Of a DNA stretch of 64,000 nucleotides, positions 49,687 to 63,494 are shown in pieces. A program made the position numbers and the translations under genes. The stretch's first letter is position 1. Every line of letters begins with the position of its first letter. The DNA is from Podospora anserina (Eukaryota): NCBI GenBank assembly GCA_017654855.1, contig CM030332.1, forward strand, positions 6,882,001 to 6,946,000, given 5' to 3'. Under the pieces are notes generated by a model. That model was not told the DNA's origin. It saw only the letters and a list, made by a program, of their open reading frames with translations, and ran no database searches.

Positions 49687-52600
49687 GCTCCAGCGGGCTG
49701 CGGGTGTTTCTGGATTTGCGTTTCGACTACAATTTCTATTCTGATTTCTGTACACATCTCTTTTGCATGGCGAGATTTTGGGAGGGAATTTGGGTTCTTT
49801 TCTTCTGGACATTTTATCCTTTCTCTATACATTTCTTCTCTGGTACATTATGTCTTTTTTTTTTTTTTTTTTTTTTTTTCGTGAATTTTTCTAGAATTAG
49901 GGGACAGTGAAGGGTGCTTCTCAGGGGGTCACATATACTAGGGGATGGCGAAAACGATGCCGAACTTATAGGTGTAGAAGACTGGGAGTTCGGCAGCTTG
50001 CTCCAGAAAAGGGAGCCGGCAACAAGGGGGGTTTTGAGGTGTGTTATTTGAGGACCTGTGATGGCGCAGGTTACGAGCCTTCTTTGGCCAACTACTATAC
50101 CCATTTCATTAAGCAGAAATATGATCAATGTAACAAGCACCTTTGAGTGTGCATCTGCAAAGGTTACAGCTCGTCTTCAGTTCCACGCTGCCGCTATGCA
50201 AATCAAGGTGCCTCCTTCCCAATCAGTCCAGTTGGAAGAAATGGGAAGTTGGCCCGTCAGTCAGACGAACTAGAAGCAGGAGGCACGCACTGGGTCCTTC
50301 CCGCTCCCGAGTTCCTACCTCAGAAGGAGGGCTGCAGTCTGACCGTTGCTCCTCCTTCCCGCAGTCAACTCCCGTGGGGCGCCTGCCAGGTTGATCCCCC
50401 AGTGACGTTGTCAGCCTCCAGTTCAACATCACTTCACCGCCTTATCATCCGACCTCTGACTAACTAACACACGCCGGTGCGCAAAATATACAAAGTCCTC
50501 ACGGCAACATCTGTTTGCTGTCTGCCTTCCAGAGCAAGTGATGTCGGGCCCTACCTGAGGGCTTTTGGCAGAGATGACTGTGGCTGAACCCAAGGTGCGG
50601 CCAACTCGGCGGCCATCTTCAATGGCGGCAAACCGACCACCAGAAACTCACAAAAGCCATGTGCTTTCCAACAGTGCACTCGATAGCTTTTGATCTCCGC
50701 GCGTGGACGGCAGATGGTCGCCAAACACATTGCCATGGCTGTGCTTGTCAGGTATGTCTCCCCTGATCAAGGAATGCTCAGGGGCAGCCTTCATGAGGGC
50801 TCCTACAGCGGATCAATTCTGCTGTTGACGAGATGACCAGGCCGTGCTGATTTCAAATGCAGTCATTTCCTTTCACACAGACATCACACGATCGAGGGCC
50901 ATATCCATGAGAGCCCAGCATAGAGCGCTAGCCTATCATGTGTCCCATCTGCGATCTTCAGGCCCAACTATTCATGGACTCGAACAAGTGCCTGACAAAT
51001 CCTCGGATTTTGGCTCCTCCTCCGACACAGCAGAGAGCGGGCATTTGTGCCTTTGTGACCGGGAACTTCACCCACAATCCCCAACAGCTCACACAGGTGT
51101 CACGATTTGATACCAACCTCGGTCTCCAGGGGAAAACGCCACTGGGCCATTGGAAGACCACGTCGTGCGAACAAACAAGACTGGTATCATGGCCACAGAC
51201 AACAAGCGATCTCCAAGAATGCCCTGGCCCAATTAGGAGACTCGAGGGTAGCCAACAGTCGACATCGGGCCCGCACCAATGATGTTTGAGAGAATTCTGC
51301 TGGCTGAAATCAATCTCAACTTTCCCCTGGAAGATCTGTTTCAGCGATGACTTTGTTACCCGCGAAGACCGAAGACCATGCGATAACACTCAGCGGGGAG
51401 TTGCTGCTGTCAAGTCTGGCATAAGGGTTACACAGCCGCGCTAGAAATAGCTCCAAACCAGAACATGTCAACCACCACCTCAAATCGTGTTGGACACTCG
51501 TGAATGGGCAGCGTCCGGGCTCGTGCTATGACAGTGCGAGCAGATGACCAAGTGGTGAGTGCAATTCTTCACCTCTCACCGTATTTTGTGACAACGCGAG
51601 CATCCGAGCTCACCCAGCATGCTGGGTCCCTAGCCATTTCCGCGGCCACTGTGCCACCAAGATGCCTAATGGTGGCGGGGAGCTCAAAACACCGAGTGTC
51701 TTCTTGTGAGATAGCATGGCGACCCGGGTCTGACTCGGCCCATCGGCTCCGGCGAGGTGTCCGGCGGTCATGCTCGCTAACGAAGATCCGACAGCTTCCG
51801 GAAGGTCAGACGTCCGTACGGAGGCCGTGGCCCGGCTATATCTCCGCGATTCAATGCCAAGACCGGATTTAGATCCAACTGTACCACAACGACGTCGACA
51901 TCGCATCTGGAATTGTTCGAGAAGCGGTCATCATATCATGCATGGTAAATCACTGCGTCTGAAGGCGATTTGAACAATACGAACGGTCACATATGCTTGT
52001 GTTACCCATCGCTCGGAGTCCGGATCATCAGGAGGACGTGTACGGCACAAGCACAACCGAGCAACCCGACAGTTGTGCTGCGTCATGCTCTTCCATGGAG
52101 CGTTTGCCGTTTTGGAGCGTCAGCAGCCACCGGCCATATAGGCGCCCCTCGGGGATGAGCTGACGGAGAGGATCCCGTCGGCCCGCAAGCAGATTTCCAC
52201 CTACCAGGTCTGGCTGACAGAACTGGTGAGTTTGGCAGTACTTTTTTATTCTGTTGGCCCGGCATACCTGTTGGAGCACATCTCGTTGGTCAGTCTCCAG
52301 ACCGGCCTGTTACCAACAGTTGCTGCGCAGCAAGTGAAGCGCAGCAGCCCGGTAAATGCATATCAAGGTTTGTTTCGCTGCAATCACACCCCCTTACCAG
52401 AAGGCAAGCCTCCCTTGTTTTCTGTTTCTTGGGTGCGATTCAACCATGCAAGGACGGTTCCTGACTCTGCAACGATGTTATGAAACACGACCACGGCATC
52501 TGGGGATCGTAAGTGCATTTTCTCCTGGTCATAAATTTTTACTGATCGGTGGAGATTGTTGTTATGCGCCCGGATTGCTGTAAACAAGAATGAACTGTGT

Positions 52601-54389
52601 TTGTCTGGTAACGGTCCCATGCGGGTCAACCATTTGCGGCTCAATCCCGCTTCCCCGAGGCCCGTTACACCCCGGTACCGGGGCCCGCTTCCAACATTGC
52701 CGACTCCGGCGCCGCTCTGCCGTTGGCCACTTGAGCAGATAGTGAAAAAGACTTGGGTGCAGGCAATCTGTGGAGAATGGCCCGGGGTTCTTCTTTGAGA
52801 TGCCGTTGCTGTCTCGGTGCTGGATCCATATCGAGACCCGGAGAACGGGACACCCCCGGCAGGCAGCAGCGACCGGTCCCTGTCCAAGCACGGCTCGTTC
52901 GTCTTTTTTTATCTACGGTCAGCCACGATATCAACAAGAGGACGCGCTTATTTCCTAGCTACAGGGTGGAACCAGGTGATGCGACAACACCAGCCCCCGT
53001 TGCAACATCGAGTGGCCAGCTCAACATTTTCAAGGGAATGAGACAGCTTCTAGAAAGACACTGCGCCGTAGGGGGGCGTCCCATGGTGACCCGATGATGG
53101 CTGGGTTTCACCTGGGATATGGTATGGTATCACTGGGTGCTTCTCGCGGCTAGCATTTACGGATTGCGTCTATACGAACCCGCCAGTGCGATAGGCGGAA
53201 GGCAGATGTCAAGTTTTGAGGATTACCCGCGGGCGGACCAAGGTGACGGTGCGATGCACCACCAGCTAAGCCCTGGAACCCGGTGAGCTCCACACCGGGT
53301 GCGAGGATCCTTGTGGGGTTTTTTGTTTCCTTACAGGACTAACGACGCCATGAGCAGGGGTGGTGACAGAGAGACGGATAGCGCTCACCATGTTGGCCGG
53401 AACTTTGGCAGGGATGGGTATCCGAACAACAGGTAGGTTTTCTGATTTGCTCCGTGATAGCGGTACGACATCGAGATGGCGAGATAAGACCGGCGGGATG
53501 GAACCATGGCGTTCTTGACAAATCTCACTGCTGGGACTCAAAGTGGCGGCAGGATATCAGATCTCATGGTGTACGAGACGAACCGGACAGGGCCCAACGA
53601 CTACGCTTGTGTTCAGTTTTTACCAAGGCGGAGTTGCACAAGCGCTGCGCTGGCAATAGACCGGGGGTGGGGGGGGGGGTGTTCTTGAATTGGAAACCGA
53701 TAATGAGAATGATTTCTATTGTTGTCGAGGATTACTGGCTTGTGGAACGGAAGTTGTGGTGGTTGGGGGAGATGGTTCAGACACGACGAGATGAGGTGTG
53801 GCGCATGGAGCCAGAGTTTGTTGTCGAGGACAAGCCAGAAGACGTCAACAAACTGCTAAACTTGGAGGGTTTGTTAGGGGAGGTATTTTCCCCGTTGCTT
53901 GGTTTTGATGGTTAATGTGTTGGTTTGCAAGAGCATGTGGTGTTTCAATATTGCATTTCCGATATGATGATCATTACTGATGACGATGGGATGAACTTTG
54001 TCAGCTAACGAATGCATTTTTTGGTTGTGAGAACGCCTCAAAACGTGGCACATGCAGGGAATTATAGATTGAGGACCCCGATAAATCCGGGCCGTCTTGT
54101 CGATGAGAATAAATCCGACCAATACGACGGTCCATGTTATATAGGTAGACGGAGATGCCCGTTTTGGATGAGACGGTTTGTGTTGTTGTTGTTGTTGTTG
54201 TGGTGTGATTGAATGGGAATGCGGGGAGAGGAGAGGGGGAGTTTGCTTATTAGGTTGACCGCCTTCTTCATCAGGAGGCCAGACAGGGCAAGCAATAGCA
54301 AGCGATGCTTCATGTGCCGCGGTGAGGCAGCGAACATCCCGCGCGAGGTTTTCCCGTGAAGGGGACGATTGGGTTGGGGGCTACCGAGA

Positions 54390-54422
54390 GTGGTGGTGGT
54401 GGTGGTGGTGGTGGTGGTGGTG
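54390..54422. repeat. (GTG)11 microsatellite, with a (TTG)n run nearby at ~54178-54201
   Basis: Read directly from the sequence. Confidence 0.92.
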
Positions 54423-55739
54423 AATAGAGGGGTGGTGAATGGAGGGGTGGTGTTGTTTTGGCACGTGCGGCTTGAGGGATGTGGGAGAGATGCCGGGTGG
54501 GAGAAAGATGTATGCACACCTTGCCGGGTTACCTAAGCTGGGGGGTAGGGATAGAGCAAAAACGGAGGATATCTATCGATTTACTGAATAATTTATGCTG
54601 GTGGAAGGATCTGCACTATTGACGTTATCCGCCTCTAGCGCGCGTTAGTTCGCGCTTAAGACCTGGGAAATTTGGAGCTCTTGGCAGCTGCGGCGGATTA
54701 CCTGAAGGAAGGCAAAAGGGTCCACCAAGCGCGGTTTTTTGTTTCCAAAGATGATTTGGAAGGAGGGAGGAAGTATTGGCTTTCTAGAATCTTACATGTG
54801 CGATTGTCAGATGCAGGTTGCTGGCGCTTGTGAGGGGGCGAAACATTTGTTGATGGTGCAGGCGAGGCTGGGGCGGGAGGCTGCCGGGGTGATTTGGGGG
54901 TTGGTCTGAATGCCAGGGCAAGGGTTTGTAGGGGGGCGTAAAGCCCCACTATTGGGACGCTGAACGTCAACACAACACAGCGTTGTGGCTGCTTGGGTAA
55001 GAAGCGGGCAAAGCCAAACAAACCGACGCCCGCCCATTCTTCACGATTTTGATAGGAGACCGAGTGGTTTGTACCTTCCCACTGCCACGCAACTCTTACA
55101 TTCGGGAACAGATCAGCAAGTGCAGGAGCACCCTTAATCGTTGCGTGGGTCTTGGACCGTGTGGCTGCCGTTTTTGGAGGGTGTAAAGTATCTTTTGCAG
55201 GCAGGAGCAACTTGGGGACTTTTTGTTCACCATTCATCTGCAGCAGCTTTTCCAACAAATTCGCCGCCCAATTATCAACAACGGCAACAAAACAAAACGG
55301 GGGACATCACCAGTGATCAGCCAGACCTGATTTGACACTGTGTGTGCTGGCATGCGGAGGCGTATCTAGACGAACACGAACGAGGTTGATCGACAGCCAA
55401 GCAACAATCAATATTACATTTGTCCCTCGGGAATTCACACCACCAAGGGACTTTTGTTTGAGTGTGTGTAGGTGTGCTTATCGATCTGAGCGGGCAGCGG
55501 CGGGCCACGCCACAACGCGACCACCACCACCATCAGCTCAAAACTTACATCACACATACCAGACCCCGGAACGGACCAGCTATCAGGCCGATATTCTTGA
55601 CCTGCCACCACCACCACCTCCTCCCCACGTTTTTTTCTTGTCTCTGTTGGACTGGGCCGCGGTCTCTCCAAAAGGCGAAACTTTTTTAACTTTTTTTTAC
55701 CACGCCACCGGTCTGCGTGCTGAAGCCGCCCCCCACCCC

Positions 55740-55763
55740 CCTACCTACCTACCTACCTACCTA
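55740..55763. repeat. (CCTA)6 microsatellite
   Basis: Read directly from the sequence. Confidence 0.9.
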
Positions 55764-56149
55764 AAGGCCGTCTAGGGAAATTCTTGCGATTGGAGGTTTT
55801 GGGGCGTGGAAAAACGTGGGTTTGTGGTGCAGGCTAGACCAGCTCACCGGCCTCGATCTTGGCCTGGAGATTGAGATCTAGAAGTCTCGGGTTGAAAAGT
55901 TACCGGGTGATCAAAAGGGCTTGGGATTCTGATATTGGAGAAACCGCAAGGGGATCTAGGCACCGGGTGCGGGATAGGTTCGGCATTGAAGGGGAGGGAG
56001 ATCGGGCAGAATTCTCGGGGTTTCCGGATTGTGGAGGGAAGAGGTCGGTGACGGGCTGGGAGGAAAAGTGGGAGGGAAATTGCTGTGCGGGCCGGTTGCC
56101 GTCCGCTAAAGTTTTGTTGTTGATTAACGGATTTGACAGCAGCCTAGCG

Positions 56150-56771
56150 ATGGCAGGTCTAGTTGTGGCCTCTGCTTGGAGGCAGCAGCGGAGGAAAAGG
56201 GTTTTCCAGTCTGTTTTCAGCGGGGAGGTTACCAGTACCACTACGGTAGCGGGAGTTCAGTATCCAGATCCGGGACAGGGGTTGGGGGGTTCGATATTAG
56301 GGAGTGGTGCTGGTCATAGTGTTGACCCCTATCTTGCTCCTTCGTCGTCGGCCACGCTGGGGCATAGCACACCTGAACCAGAGCCACCACATCCATATGC
56401 GCCAGGTAATGAGTATGCGCCAGGTAATGAGCACCAGAGGGCGTATGATCAGGCGTGGGAGGTTGTAACTTCACGGGTGGCTCTCCCTGCGAGTGCTGCC
56501 GGTCCAGCTCCGGGAGCGGGGGAATCAAGTCCCGGCTTATCACTGGAGAGTTTGACTGCTGCCCAAGAGCAACCTCAATCACGGCATCGGAGGAACCAGA
56601 AGGTAGACGAGGAACGGGAGCAGTTTCTGCAGTGTTTGTCCCTGCTAGAGAATGCAGAGGCTGTGCTACCGGAAGCGAGGGAGAGGAGGGACGTGATAGG
56701 GTGGTATGTAAGCCAGGTGAGGGCGCATTTCGCCATGTGGGTGGTGCCCCTTTTGGCGGGGGGGTCGGACA

Positions 56772-56802
<31 letters not shown>

Positions 56803-59545
56803 GACTTTGGCAGCTCAGGGGGTTACCCACCGGAGGCATCAGAGGAATAAGCATTCGGTTGATTCTACTGCTGCCGGAGGTGGCCGGGAGTGGAGTGGAG
56901 GGAGCCAGTATGATAGGCATATGGCCGTGGTGATGAGCACGATTGAGACGCTGGAGGGGGCGTTGGGCATGTATTTTGAGGGGTTGAATTCGTTGTTGGA
57001 GGGGTTGAGACGGGCTTCCGGGGAGGAGGACAATAGCTCGTTTGGGATGAAGTTCAAGAGGGATATTCATGCGCTGATTGCGAATTCTGCCTCGCAAGGC
57101 GGGGTGATGGGGAGTGTGAAAGTTGTTCTGACGAAGCTGGCCGGGGTGATATTGGGTGTGGAGGGGTTGATGGTTAGTTTGGGTAGTAAGAAGGGGCCTT
57201 GGGGGGCGCCACCGGCTATTCCCCAGGAGAACGATTTCGATGTTTTGACGGCGAAGAGAAAGTTGGGGGGGTTGGTGAAGCAACTGCATAATGTTGGGTT
57301 GACGGGCGAGAGGTTTGAAGTGCTGTTTGCGGAGGTTATGAACGATATGATGTCGAGATTTGTCAAGGGAGCTTATGCGGGAGTTTGGGCGGCGAGCGAT
57401 CCAGAGGAGGGGAATGTGGTTGGGGGTGCTGGGACGGCTGCGGCCAGCAGTGTTTTTACGACTTCGAGGGGGTCTGGAGGGGATACGACAGTGCCAGCTG
57501 CCACCTCTGCTTGTATCAAGTCGCTCAAGGACTGGGTCGAGAAGCGGTATGCACAGTTGAATGTCCAGGTTCTGTCGTGGATCAACGCGACGCCGATGTC
57601 ACTGGCCGATCTCAAGGCATGCCAGTCACTGGCTTTGGGCCGGTTGGCTGCGTTGCGTATTCAGGAGCTGTTCGACATTGTTCTTGCCTGGCCGGATGCT
57701 AAGGGTGCGCTGGAGGATTTGAAGGCTACTATCACGACTACTGCTCGGAGACAGTTGCTCACGGCAAACTTCTCGAAAGCGCTGGAACAAAGATTGTTAC
57801 ATCCTGGGTGCAGCACACTAGAGATTTTGCAGACGTACATCCACATCATCAAGACATTCCACGCACTTGATCACAGCAAGGTGTTGTTGGGGAATATCGA
57901 GCCAGGACTGCAGCTGTATCTCGTCCAGCGTGAAGACTCCGTGCGGGTAGTAGTGGCCGGCCTGCTGGCCAGCAAAGAGGAGATTGAAGCTGCAGCAAAG
58001 GTTCAGCAGATTGACGAGGACGAGAGATTGCAGCGAGGGGCGTCCGGTCCCAGAGCTGCTGCTGCCGACCTCGGCCGAAGAGAGATCAAAGCGCAGGCAT
58101 ATTCGACGCCAGGTGTTGCTGGTTCATCAACGGCTACGACATGCAAAACACCCACCACACGCAGCAGGCAAGGGAGGGATAGCAACCCATCGACCCCTGC
58201 TCCAGCACCAGCTCACAGGCAGGGACCAGTTCTGGCCCGCGCGAAGAAGGTCAACAAACTGGTCGAGCTCGCCAAGCTCCTCAACGAATCCGCCTCTGTC
58301 CGTCGCGCTGGTGCCACGGATGATGACCAAGAACTGGACTGGAACGACCTCAACTGGGTTCCTGACCCTGTTGACGCTGGCGCCAACTACAAGCGTCCCA
58401 AGTCCGAGGATGTGATCGGCACCTTGATCTCGGCCCTGGGAGCAGAGGATGTTTTCATCAACGAGTTCACCGCTGTCATCGCCGAGCGTCTGTTAGGAGA
58501 CCCCAAATCTTTCGAACAAGAAATGCGGGTGCTCAACCTCCTCAAACGACGCTTCGGAGAAGCCGCCCTCCAAAAGTGCGACGTTATGATCAGAGATATC
58601 CAAGAATCAAGAAAGCTGAATTCCAAAATCCGAAGAAATAACGCCGGTGGCCCACAACCAGCCAATATCCCAGGGCAACCCCCAGTGCTGGCTACACCGG
58701 ATAACAAGGGCAAGTCAGTCGCCACTCCCCAGTCTTCTGAGAAGAGCAAAGAACAGAAAGACACAGGATACCACGCTCGCATCCTCTCCCGCATGTATTG
58801 GCCCGCTTTTGAAAAGGAGCACTTCCTCCTCCCGGCTCCGATTCTCGACTTGCAAAAGCAATACGAAAAGGGGTATGAGGATCTGAAATCGGACAGAAAA
58901 CTCACCTGGCTCAACCAGCTGGGTCAGACGAGGGTGGAGCTGGAGTTGGAGGATAGAACGGTGACGGTGGACTGCGATACCGTTCAGGCGACGGTTATCT
59001 ATGCGTTTCAGTCGTCATCGGATTCCTCGACGACGCCGGTCAAGAAAGCGGTGGATGATTTGTATCTTGAGCTTCAGCTCGATGAGGATCTCATTGCGGC
59101 GGCGTGTGACTTCTGGGCGAGGAAGAGGGTGCTCAGGAGGGTTAGCACGGCGGATGGGGGCGTGTTTGTCGTTTTGGAGAGGCTGTCTGATGAGAATGTG
59201 CCTGTGGGTGAGGATGCTCAACAGGGCCAGGCGGTAGAGGAGAAGGGCAAGGAGAAGGAGGCGGCGGCGGCAGGGCCAAAGGAGGGAGGGGCGAAGAAGC
59301 TGAGTGATAAGGAGAAGGAGAAGAGGGAGGTGTATTGGAAGTACATTCAGGGGATGCTCACAAATTCGAGCGTGACAATGCCGATCAATCAGATTGCCAT
59401 GATGATGGGGGTGTTTGTTATAGGGGGGTTTTCATGGAGTCACGAAGAGCTGCAGTCGTTCTTGGGCGAGAAGGTGGAGGAAGGGGCGTTGGAGGTTGTG
59501 AGTGGGGGGAAGTATAAGTTGGTCAGGAAGCGAGAGAATGTATAG
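56150..59545 (+). CDS. APC2: Anaphase-promoting complex subunit 2 (cullin homology), ~1131 aa
   Basis: LRIQELFDIVLAWPD, RLLHPGCST, WVPDPVDA, KRRFGEAALQKCDVMIRD, RKLTWLNQLG and the C-terminal YWKYIQGMLTN. Confidence 0.93.
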
Positions 59546-60023
59546 GATTATGAAAGGATGGAAACTGTAGCTCTTTATTGAGATCAGCAGGAGGTAGAGA
59601 TACTACGAACAACCTATTTATCAAACGCGATGTTGCATTGTCTTGTAGAGCTTTGATTACAGCTCTGAGCGTGGGAATAACCCCCCGTAGTTATCCAGCT
59701 GCTTCCTAACCGAGCCATTTACGAATGGATACTACTTGATTGATGCTGCCTACCTGCCCAAGGTTGATACAGCCACATCGAGAATTCAACAAGCAATTGC
59801 TAACCAGTCCTGTAAACATCCATCCCGCAGAACAACACAAACAAGCCTTCAAAATTGTATGATGAGCGAACACCACCTCTAAATAAAACTGAGTCGGGTA
59901 TCACCAAGCACTCCATACTCCCTCCACCTTTGCTGTCTAATCTTCGTTGCTTATGTACCCCATGAAGCCACTGCGACATGTATGCTTTCCCATCCAACAA
60001 AGCCAAGCCAAGCCGTCAAGTCC

Positions 60024-61635
60024 TCATAACAAAGCCCCATGGGCAAACCACCACCACCCCATCCCCACCATCGCCATCGTCCCCAGGAAAACCGCTCCCT
60101 CCTTGGTACTCCAAACCAAAGCCAACAAACCCACCACCAGCTCCCTCCTCCTAGCCGTCTGCCTCCTCCCCCAAGCCCAGACATCAATATCGACCGGGAG
60201 CTTTTTCTTTCCTACAACTTCCCCCTCCAGCTTCTTGTCTCCATCAGGCAATGGCACCCTCCCCCTCCAAAAAACAGCCCTGTGATCCGAACTCCGCACC
60301 ACAGGCAAACTCCCATACACACCCGTCTCGACCTCTGCCCCCTCGGCAGCGCTGAACAAAACCCGATCTGTCCACGCCGGCCATCGGTGCGAGGCAAATT
60401 TCCAGGGAACCTCGCTCCCCTCTGCTGCGGCAGCCTCATTCACTGCCCCTTCTGGCGAGTCCAGAATATCGTACTTGTATGTTGGGCCAAAGGTGACCTC
60501 CGCCTCGGACATTCCGTGGAATGTCCTCCCGGCGAGGCGTTCTTGAGTGAGCTGATCCCGGGAGAAGAAGTGGCTGTGGTGGTTTTCGGAGGCTGGGTCA
60601 AAGCTGGGGAAGGCAGAGTCGGGAGGGGGTGTGGTGGAGGAGATGCGGTAGTTGAGGTCGCCCGCCACAAAAAGGTGCGAGGTAGGTTTGAAGATGGAGA
60701 TGTCTTGGAGCCGTCGCTTTTGCTCTGGCGTCAGGGCGGTTGTGTCGTCGCTGTCAACCGAAAAGGTGGAAGGCGGAGAAAGCAGCGGCGCGTCTTCCTC
60801 CTCACTAGAATCCATACTCCCCGTCCTCTCCAGCGGCATCGACCTCTCCGCCGCCCCCGACCTATCCACTTGCGTCGTCGCCGGCCTCTCCCCAAACACC
60901 CCCGGCAGCACCACCCGCGGATCCTCAAACGTCAGCCCACCCACCACCGCCCTCCAATTCGCATTCCTCTTCTTGAGGTTCCACTCCATAGCCGCCAAAT
61001 GCGTAGCCACAAACGTCAGCTCCTGCCCTTGATAGTTCACCCTCACCCCCACCGCCCCCTTGTTCCCCATGCCGGCGGCCCCAAACCCCACCTCCCCTTC
61101 TTCTACCGTTCCAGAAATCCTCTCCGGACAAAGCGCAAACACCAACAGCGCCGTCATGCCCACGTTCTTCCCCTTCACAAGCGTGTACTTTTGCCCGGCA
61201 GCAGCGAGATTCAACGCCTGCCCAAAAGCGTCGTAATACCCCCTCAACCACCACTCCCCGAGGAAGGAGTATGACAGCGGTGCAATTTCCTGGAGCGACC
61301 TGAACCCATCAAGTTAGCAAAGAAACCATCCGAAAAAGATCAGACGGCGGACTGGTGTGGGGTGGGCGGGTGAGGGGAAGAAAAAAAGAAACATACATCA
61401 CCACCAGTTCGGGCAAACCATCTTGTCCCAGCAGCGCATCCCGCAAATGCCCCCCAAAAACAGGCACATCAACGACATTCTTCGCGCAGTTAAACGTCAG
61501 CACCAACAGCTCCACCCCCGCCTTGGAGAGCTTCATCCCGCCGTCGGTGGCCGTTTGAGGAGCGGTGACGTCAATGTCAATGTTGATGCCCGCCGTGGGA
61601 GGGAGGTTCGTCGTGCTCCCCGATTGCAAACCCAT
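60024..61635 (-). CDS. Inositol polyphosphate 5-phosphatase with a C-terminal hydrophobic tail (Inp54-like), 504 aa; intron 61396-61300
   Basis: LTFNC, the spliced SLQEI, MGNKGAVGVR, FVATHLAA, GDLNYRI, PTYKY, PAWTDRVL and SDHRAV, ending in LGTMAMVGMGWWWF. Confidence 0.92.
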
Positions 61636-63494
61636 CGCTGCTTGCGTCGAAGATCTGGTACGGACCAAAAGGTGGAAGGAGTGTTGTAACAAGTGTGTCA
61701 GTAACGTATTCAGCCTGTTTGTGTCGTCGCAACGGGAAAGTTGGGGAACTGAAAATAAAATCGTGTGAGGGGAGCTGTTTAAGTGGGAATGAACCCTAAC
61801 AAAGCCAGTCTGCTCCTCCCGTAAAAAAATAAAAATAAAAAAAACAATAATAAAAAAATAAAGAATAAAAACAAATAAGAAAATCAATCAATCAAGGGAG
61901 CAATTATCAAAATCGATTCTATTAGTTATCACACACCAAAAAGATAAATCTTCTAGAACAAAAAGAAAAGCTCAGGTATCTAACCTACATCCCTTCTTAT
62001 ACACATTTTCCTGCCTAGCTGCTGCTTCTTTGCTGAGTGGTGTACGTACTCGGTTACTGCCCGCCAAGCAAAAGTCACTCACTCGGTCTATGACTGCGTA
62101 TTCTGCAATCTGCGTGTGACATTCACACAGCCTCACCAGAACACCAGACACCGACTTTTCCATGCAGCACACAAAAGGAGGCTGAGCCACCCGCTTCAGT
62201 TCAATGGTCGCTTTGCGAACATACCTGATCCAGACCGGGAATTATCCTGTAACAGCAGTCATGCTTTCACACAAAAATCACTTGCAGACTTGTGAAGAGC
62301 AAAACAAGACCTGAATTTATGAAAACTACCTGCCGCCCTGCATTGCCTGCCGTCCCCAGTTCAGTCTTGAGTGCGAGTCGCCTTCCCCAAACCCGGACCC
62401 GGCGCAGCTTCCTAGTTCCACTTATTCCCGTCCGGCTTCCCCGACCATGACCGCAGGGGAAATTCTCCGAAGAAGGTCCACGGAGATGGTACAGTACTAG
62501 CTAGTGCGTGATCGCATAGTCCTCTCTCCTGAATCACATCACCGCCAGCGGCCAATCCATCCCACTCCGCAGTTTCCCCCAACCAGCCATCCCCATGTGT
62601 CACAGCCTCCTCGACTCAAAACCTCCCTGCCAAGCAATGCAACGACATGCCTCTGGATCTCCAACTACGCCTCTGCAAGCCCTTTAAAAGTACCACTGGG
62701 AAGCGGAAATCACCAAAGACGCAAGTTCGGCTTTGCCAGATCTCCATCTCATCTTGCCCATCATTGCAAAAGAAAACGCTTCTTCCCCTGACCTCCCCAC
62801 AAGCGGATCCCGATGCGATGAAGTGCAAGTGACGAAAAGGCATAATGGAAAAAAACAGAAAACAAAAACAAGAAAGAAAAGTTTGAGCGCGGTAGTCCGT
62901 GTCGAAAGCGGTGTGCCTTGTGTTGTCAATCTGCTGTGGCGACCCGAAAAAACAGCTGCTCGAAACCGTCGACAGACAAGCAGTCTCCCCAATCCAACCA
63001 AGTTGCGCAGCATTATGTTGAATCTGGTCCGCCGGCAGCCGACCCTCTCTCGATATTCGACACCCCGAACAAGTCAGAGTGCCGGGCATGCCGTTCGTCC
63101 GATCAGTTTACCCAGTCCGAAATCCTCTCCAAGCTCCTAGCCATAGGGGCCAAGCAGCTTGCGAGAACACTTGTGAATAAACAGTCATCCGAGCCAGAAG
63201 GAAAGGGGGGAGGGAAGGGGAAGGGGGGGGGGGTCATAACCGATGAGATGCCGAAAAACGAAAAAAGAAAAAGACGCAATTCGTAAAACTGGGTGCTGAG
63301 GCGTGTATCTGCTATCGATGCTGATCCGCTCCCGGCAGAGCACGAGAATGTGCTCTGCCGTAGAAATCAAGGACAATTCATAGTGGGGGCCGCAGGTCGA
63401 CCATAACCCACACACAATCGATGAGAATCCACTAATGCTACAACCCAAGGGGAAAGAGGGTTCCGTGTGAAAATTGCCAGTATCAGGTGTTGCT

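Noticed and set aside
55859..56149. 97-codon in-frame extension of APC2 from a TTG
   Set aside because: Non-ATG start and no APC2-like content; the first ATG at 56150 is preferred.
60039..61274. 411-aa plus-strand ORF
   Set aside because: Antisense to the 5-phosphatase, with R/P/H-rich shadow composition.
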